From an uncultured Alphaproteobacteria bacterium (GTDB taxonomy: Bacteria > Pseudomonadota > Alphaproteobacteria > SP197), in contig CALSLK010000031.1 of the NCBI GenBank assembly GCA_943787175.1, positions 5,120-69,119 of the forward strand: a stretch of DNA of 64,000 bases. Reading direction: 5' to 3'. Position numbers and translations under genes: made by a program. The notes under the pieces are model-generated. The model searched no databases, was not told the DNA's origin, and saw only the letters and a program-made list of their open reading frames with translations. Of the stretch, positions 59,552 through 64,000 are shown piece by piece (positions within the stretch are counted from its first letter, which is position 1; each line of letters opens with the position of its first letter).

Positions 59552-60847
59552 CTAAACCTTCATGGCGGCGCGCAGGCCGCGGTTGAGATCGTCCTTGAGG
59601 TCGCCAACGTCTTCCAGCCCGATCGAAAGGCGGACCAGACCTTCACTGATGCCCGCAGCCTTCAGCGCCTCGGCCTCGACCTGCTGATGGGTCGTGGAGG
59701 CGGGATGGATGACCAGCGATTTTGCATCGCCGACATTGGCCAGATGCGAGAAGAGCTGCAGCGATTCGATAAACGCCGCACCTGCCTTGCGCCCGCCCTT
59801 GACCTCGAAGCTGAAGATCGAGCCGCAGCCCTTGGGCAGCAGACGCTTGGCAACTTCATGGTCAGGATGGTCGGGCAGTTCGGGATAACCCACGCTTTCG
59901 ACCGCTTCGTGTTCGGCCAGGAACGCCACGATCTCGCGGGCATTGGCCATATGGCGGTCCATGCGCAGGGGCAGGGTCTCGACGCCCTGCAGCAGGTGAA
60001 AGGCGTTGGTCGGGCTCATGCAGGCACCAAAGTCGCGCAGGCCTTCCGCGCGGGCCCGCATGATCATGGCGGCCGGGCCGAATTCCTCGGAAAAATCCAG
60101 GCCGTGGTAACCATCATAGGGCTCCGTCAGGGTCGGGAACTTGCCCGATGCCTCCCAGTCGAAGGCACCGCTGTCGATCAGGGCGCCGCCAACGGCAATG
60201 CCGTGACCGCCCAGGAACTTGGTCACCGAATGCATGACGATATCGGCACCATGCTCGAACGGTTTGAAGAGGTAGGGCGTGGCAAAGGTGTTGTCGATCA
60301 TCAGCGGAACACCGGCATCGTGCGCGATGTCGGCGATGGCCGGAATGTCCATGATTTCCAGGCCCGGATTGCCCAGGGTCTCGCCATAAACCAGCCGCGT
60401 CTCGGGCCGGATCGCCTTTTTGAAGGCATCGGGATCGCGCGGATCAACCAGGGTCGTGGTGATGCCAAAACGCGGCAGGGTGTACTGGAACATGTAGTTG
60501 GTGCCGCCATAGAGCGAACCCGACGACACGATATGTCCGCCCTGGCCCATCAGCGTGGCGATGCCCAGGTGAATGGCTGCCATGCCGCTTGCCGTGCAGA
60601 CCGCGCCAACGCCGCCCTCAAGCCCGGCAAGGCGCTCTTCGAGCACCGCAACCGTCGGGTTCGAGATGCGCGTATAAAGGTGCCCCGGCCGCTCCAGGTT
60701 ATAGAGCGCGGCGGCATAGTCGGAATCAGGAAAGACATAGGATGTCGTCTGATAGATCGGCACCGCCCGCGCACCCGTCGCAGGATCAGGCTGCTGCCCG
60801 CCATGCAGAGTCAGCGTATCGAAACCGACATATTTAGGACCAGCCAT
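59552..60847 (-). CDS. O-acetylhomoserine aminocarboxypropyltransferase/sulfhydrylase (MetY-like)
   Basis: ARAVPIYQTTS, YTRISNPT, DNTFATP, HSVTKFLGGHG, HLANVGDAKSLVIHPASTTH. Confidence 0.93.
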   Translation of the reverse strand: MAGPKYVGFDTLTLHGGQQPDPATGARAVPIYQTTSYVFPDSDYAAALYNLERPGHLYTRISNPTVAVLEERLAGLEGGVGAVCTASGMAAIHLGIATLMGQGGHIVSSGSLYGGTNYMFQYTLPRFGITTTLVDPRDPDAFKKAIRPETRLVYGETLGNPGLEIMDIPAIADIAHDAGVPLMIDNTFATPYLFKPFEHGADIVMHSVTKFLGGHGIAVGGALIDSGAFDWEASGKFPTLTEPYDGYHGLDFSEEFGPAAMIMRARAEGLRDFGACMSPTNAFHLLQGVETLPLRMDRHMANAREIVAFLAEHEAVESVGYPELPDHPDHEVAKRLLPKGCGSIFSFEVKGGRKAGAAFIESLQLFSHLANVGDAKSLVIHPASTTHQQVEAEALKAAGISEGLVRLSIGLEDVGDLKDDLNRGLRAAMKV

Positions 60848-60867
60848 GAACGCGTCTCCCCGGATGT

Positions 60868-60906
60868 TGGTTGGAACCTAATGCGGATCGTGGCTGGTTG
60901 GAACCA
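60868..60906. promoter_or_regulatory. Two copies of TGGTTGGAACC (candidate GntR/FadR-type operators)
   Basis: Copies at 60868-60878 and 60895-60905 in a divergent promoter region; each is an imperfect palindrome (TGGTT-GG-AACCA). Confidence 0.45.
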
Positions 60907-60982
60907 TCACCTGCCCCTACTTCTGCTTGGCCCCATGCCCTGCCTGCGCTAGGAAGCGGCGAACGAATTCGGGGAAAAGACC

Positions 60983-62296
60983 ATGACGCGTGAAATCAAC
61001 TCAGTGGCAGTGATCGGTGGCGGCACCATGGGTGCTGGTATTGCGGGCAAGTGTGCGGATGCCGGCTGCAAGGTGCTGTTGCTCGAAATCAACGAGGAAG
61101 CTGCCGCCAAGGCGATGGAGCGCATCACGGGCGGACGCTCGCCTGCCATCGAAAATCCAGAAAGCGCCAAGCTGATCGAAACCGGCACGTTCGACGATCT
61201 CGACCGCATCGCGGGTTATGACTGGATCTGCGAAGCCGTGATCGAGGATCTGGCGACCAAGCGCGATCTCTTCGTGAAACTTGATGCCGCGCGCAGCCCA
61301 GGCTCGGTGATCTCGACCAACACCTCGGGCATTCCCCTACGCTCAATCGTCGAAGGCATGCCCGAAAGCCTGCGCCGCGATGTCGTCGTCACCCACTTCT
61401 TCAATCCCGTGAAGGTCATGAAGCTGCTTGAGGTCGTGCCGGGCGAAGACACGACACCCGATGTCGTTGCCGCCATGGCAGCCTTTGGTGCGGATAAACT
61501 GGGCAAGGGCGTCGTGCACGCCAAGGACACGGTCAACTTCATCGGCAACCGCATCGGCTGTTTCTGGATGCTTTCAGGCCTGCACAAGGCGCGCAAGGCA
61601 CGCCAGGAAGGCGGGCTTTCCATGGAGACCATCGATGCCGCCATGTCGGGCCCGGTCGGCCTTCCGCCCACGGGCCTCTATGGCCTGATCGATCTCATCG
61701 GCCTCGATATCATGGACTTCGTGGGCAAGAACCTCGCCATCAATCTGCCCCAGGGCGATGTCGGCCACAGTTTCACGGCCTTTCCGCCTGAGGAACAGGC
61801 CATGCTCGAGCGCGGTCAGCTCGGCCGCAAGACCGGCGGTGGTTTCTACAAGGTGACCAAAACCGAAGACGGCGGAAAGCTGAAGGAAACCTTCGATCTC
61901 GACACCGGTGACTGGCGTCTGACGGGTGCTCCCGATATCACCGAAGCCCACGGCACACTCCAGGGCCTGATGCTGGCCGACGATGCCGTCGGTGCCTTTG
62001 CGCGTGACCTGATGGGCGGCACGCTGCTCTATGCCGCTGATCTTGTGCCCCAGATTGCCGATGACGTCGTCAACATCGACCGCGCCATGCGCTGGGGTTT
62101 CGCGTGGGGCCAGGGGCCGTTCCAGATGATGGACGAACTGGGCCTTGCCATGATCATTGCGCGTCTTGAATCCATGGGTGAGGCGCTGCCTGCCATGCTG
62201 CAGGTGGCAAAGGACGCAGGTGCGGACTCGTTCTATCGAAACGAAGGAACCGAGTTTCTTGGCCGTGACGGCGCCTGGCACAAGGTGCCGGCTTAA
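60983..62296 (+). CDS. 3-hydroxyacyl-CoA dehydrogenase
   Basis: VIGGGTMGAGIA, EAVIE, STNTSG, HFFNP, FIGNRIG, IDRAMRWGF.W..GPF. Confidence 0.93.
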   Translation: MTREINSVAVIGGGTMGAGIAGKCADAGCKVLLLEINEEAAAKAMERITGGRSPAIENPESAKLIETGTFDDLDRIAGYDWICEAVIEDLATKRDLFVKLDAARSPGSVISTNTSGIPLRSIVEGMPESLRRDVVVTHFFNPVKVMKLLEVVPGEDTTPDVVAAMAAFGADKLGKGVVHAKDTVNFIGNRIGCFWMLSGLHKARKARQEGGLSMETIDAAMSGPVGLPPTGLYGLIDLIGLDIMDFVGKNLAINLPQGDVGHSFTAFPPEEQAMLERGQLGRKTGGGFYKVTKTEDGGKLKETFDLDTGDWRLTGAPDITEAHGTLQGLMLADDAVGAFARDLMGGTLLYAADLVPQIADDVVNIDRAMRWGFAWGQGPFQMMDELGLAMIIARLESMGEALPAMLQVAKDAGADSFYRNEGTEFLGRDGAWHKVPA

Positions 62297-62751
62297 GGTT
62301 CCAGGGTCGCCAGCGTCAGACCCAGGGAGCCGTCGTCTTCGCGCATCAGCGTGACTTCGGCCTCTTCGAAAATGCAGACGCCGTCGGCAGGCAGGCATGC
62401 GCCAAAGGTGATGCCAAGGCCTGTGGGCATGTCGATGCCGTCACCGTCAAAGACCAGGGTCTGAAGCACGGCACCGTCGAAATAGTCGCTCTCGACGACC
62501 AGAAGGCTGGGCAGGTCGTCCTGCCAGGTGCCGTAATCATCCAGCGCCTTCATGCCGATGCCCAACTGGCCGTTCAGCTTCACGTCCATGGTGGGCATGA
62601 TCGTGATCACCAGCTTGTCGTTGGAGCTGAGATGCGCCTGCACATCCACCCCGGTCGTGGTGATGGCCGAAGCGATGGTGTCAGCGCGCGCATCAGCATC
62701 GTGCATCAGCACAATAGTCAGGGCAGCAAGCAGGGTCGCGAAACGTTTCAT
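62293..62751 (-). CDS. Secreted protein, possibly DsbD-alpha-like (CX6C)
   Basis: Signal peptide; beta-rich sequence with YFDG and GACLPADGVC. Confidence 0.55.
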   Translation of the reverse strand: MKRFATLLAALTIVLMHDADARADTIASAITTTGVDVQAHLSSNDKLVITIMPTMDVKLNGQLGIGMKALDDYGTWQDDLPSLLVVESDYFDGAVLQTLVFDGDGIDMPTGLGITFGACLPADGVCIFEEAEVTLMREDDGSLGLTLATLEP

Positions 62752-62800
62752 GACATCTCTGGAAATGATCTAACCGCAGGGTCACCTCATAAGGTGACCA

Positions 62801-63158
62801 TGGTGTGGCCGCCAAGTCACGTTCGATTGAGCAGGCCAGGAATCCCGACCTTACCGAAACGGTAAGTCTTCTGCCCTGCCATCATGGCAAGTTGCCGAAG
62901 CTGTGACTGCGGTTTGAAAGCCCGGCAGGTCGTCGTGGGCCTATTCTGCCTGTCGAAACAGGGACGCAGGTTCCTGTGTGAAAGCACCCGGCCCCCAACA
63001 CCCGGGTGTTCAGGGGCGGCAGATCTCCGTCCACACCAGTCCCCTCGATCGCCGTCCTGCCTTGACGCGGCGCTGGTTTCGGCCAGTGCCGCGTTACGCG
63101 TTCCAGACACGCCTGATCTGGACAAATCCGCAGACATGCACGACATAGACCCCTGAAC
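62801..63158 (+). ncRNA. Candidate large structured non-coding RNA or leader upstream of prfC (family unassigned)
   Basis: Nested helices closed by 62801-62808/63031-63038, several GAAA/UUCG-type loops, and G-U pairs that work only on the + strand. Confidence 0.55.
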
Positions 63159-63179
63159 CACACCTCTTGGCAAACGAAC

Positions 63180-64000
<821 letters not shown>

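Noticed and set aside
62801-63038. tRNA or tmRNA suggested by a 5-bp stem/7-nt loop followed by ...CACACCA
   Set aside because: The loop CAGATCT lacks the TTCRA T-loop consensus, and there is no anticodon arm, G3-U70 alanine identity or tag reading frame.
63100-63155. TPP riboswitch (CCTGATCTGGA) or group I intron Q/S-like (AATCCGCAG, GACATAGAC) fragments
   Set aside because: The TPP CTGAGA element and the group I R element/P7 pairing are missing; the matches are short and in the wrong context.

Overview
GC-rich (roughly 60-65% by eye) bacterial chromosome segment; gene content and intergenic repeats suggest an alphaproteobacterium (inference). It runs from the 3' part of acnA to the 5' part of prfC. 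The main block is a large nitrogen-compound catabolic region: a GcvT-family demethylase with a divergent LysR, a guanidine-hydrolase-like ureohydrolase, creatinase plus three more M24-fold hydrolases, a polyamine-type ABC transporter, three amidases, six Rieske oxygenase alpha subunits (five clustered at 19.4-26 kb, no reductase in the window) and a deaminase/cyclic amidohydrolase/hydantoin racemase/D-carbamoylase operon. It also carries a selA-selB-selC(tRNA-Sec)-selD operon with an oxidoreductase-fused SelD, housekeeping genes (ribF, phaJ-like, yaaA, metY-like) and REP-like palindromes between convergent genes. Several genes, especially selB and selD, are split by frameshifts that look like long-read indel errors. 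The strongest unexplained signal is a densely base-paired, multi-domain ~240-360 nt non-coding region upstream of prfC that I cannot assign to a known RNA family. All calls are from motif recognition by eye; no database searches were run.
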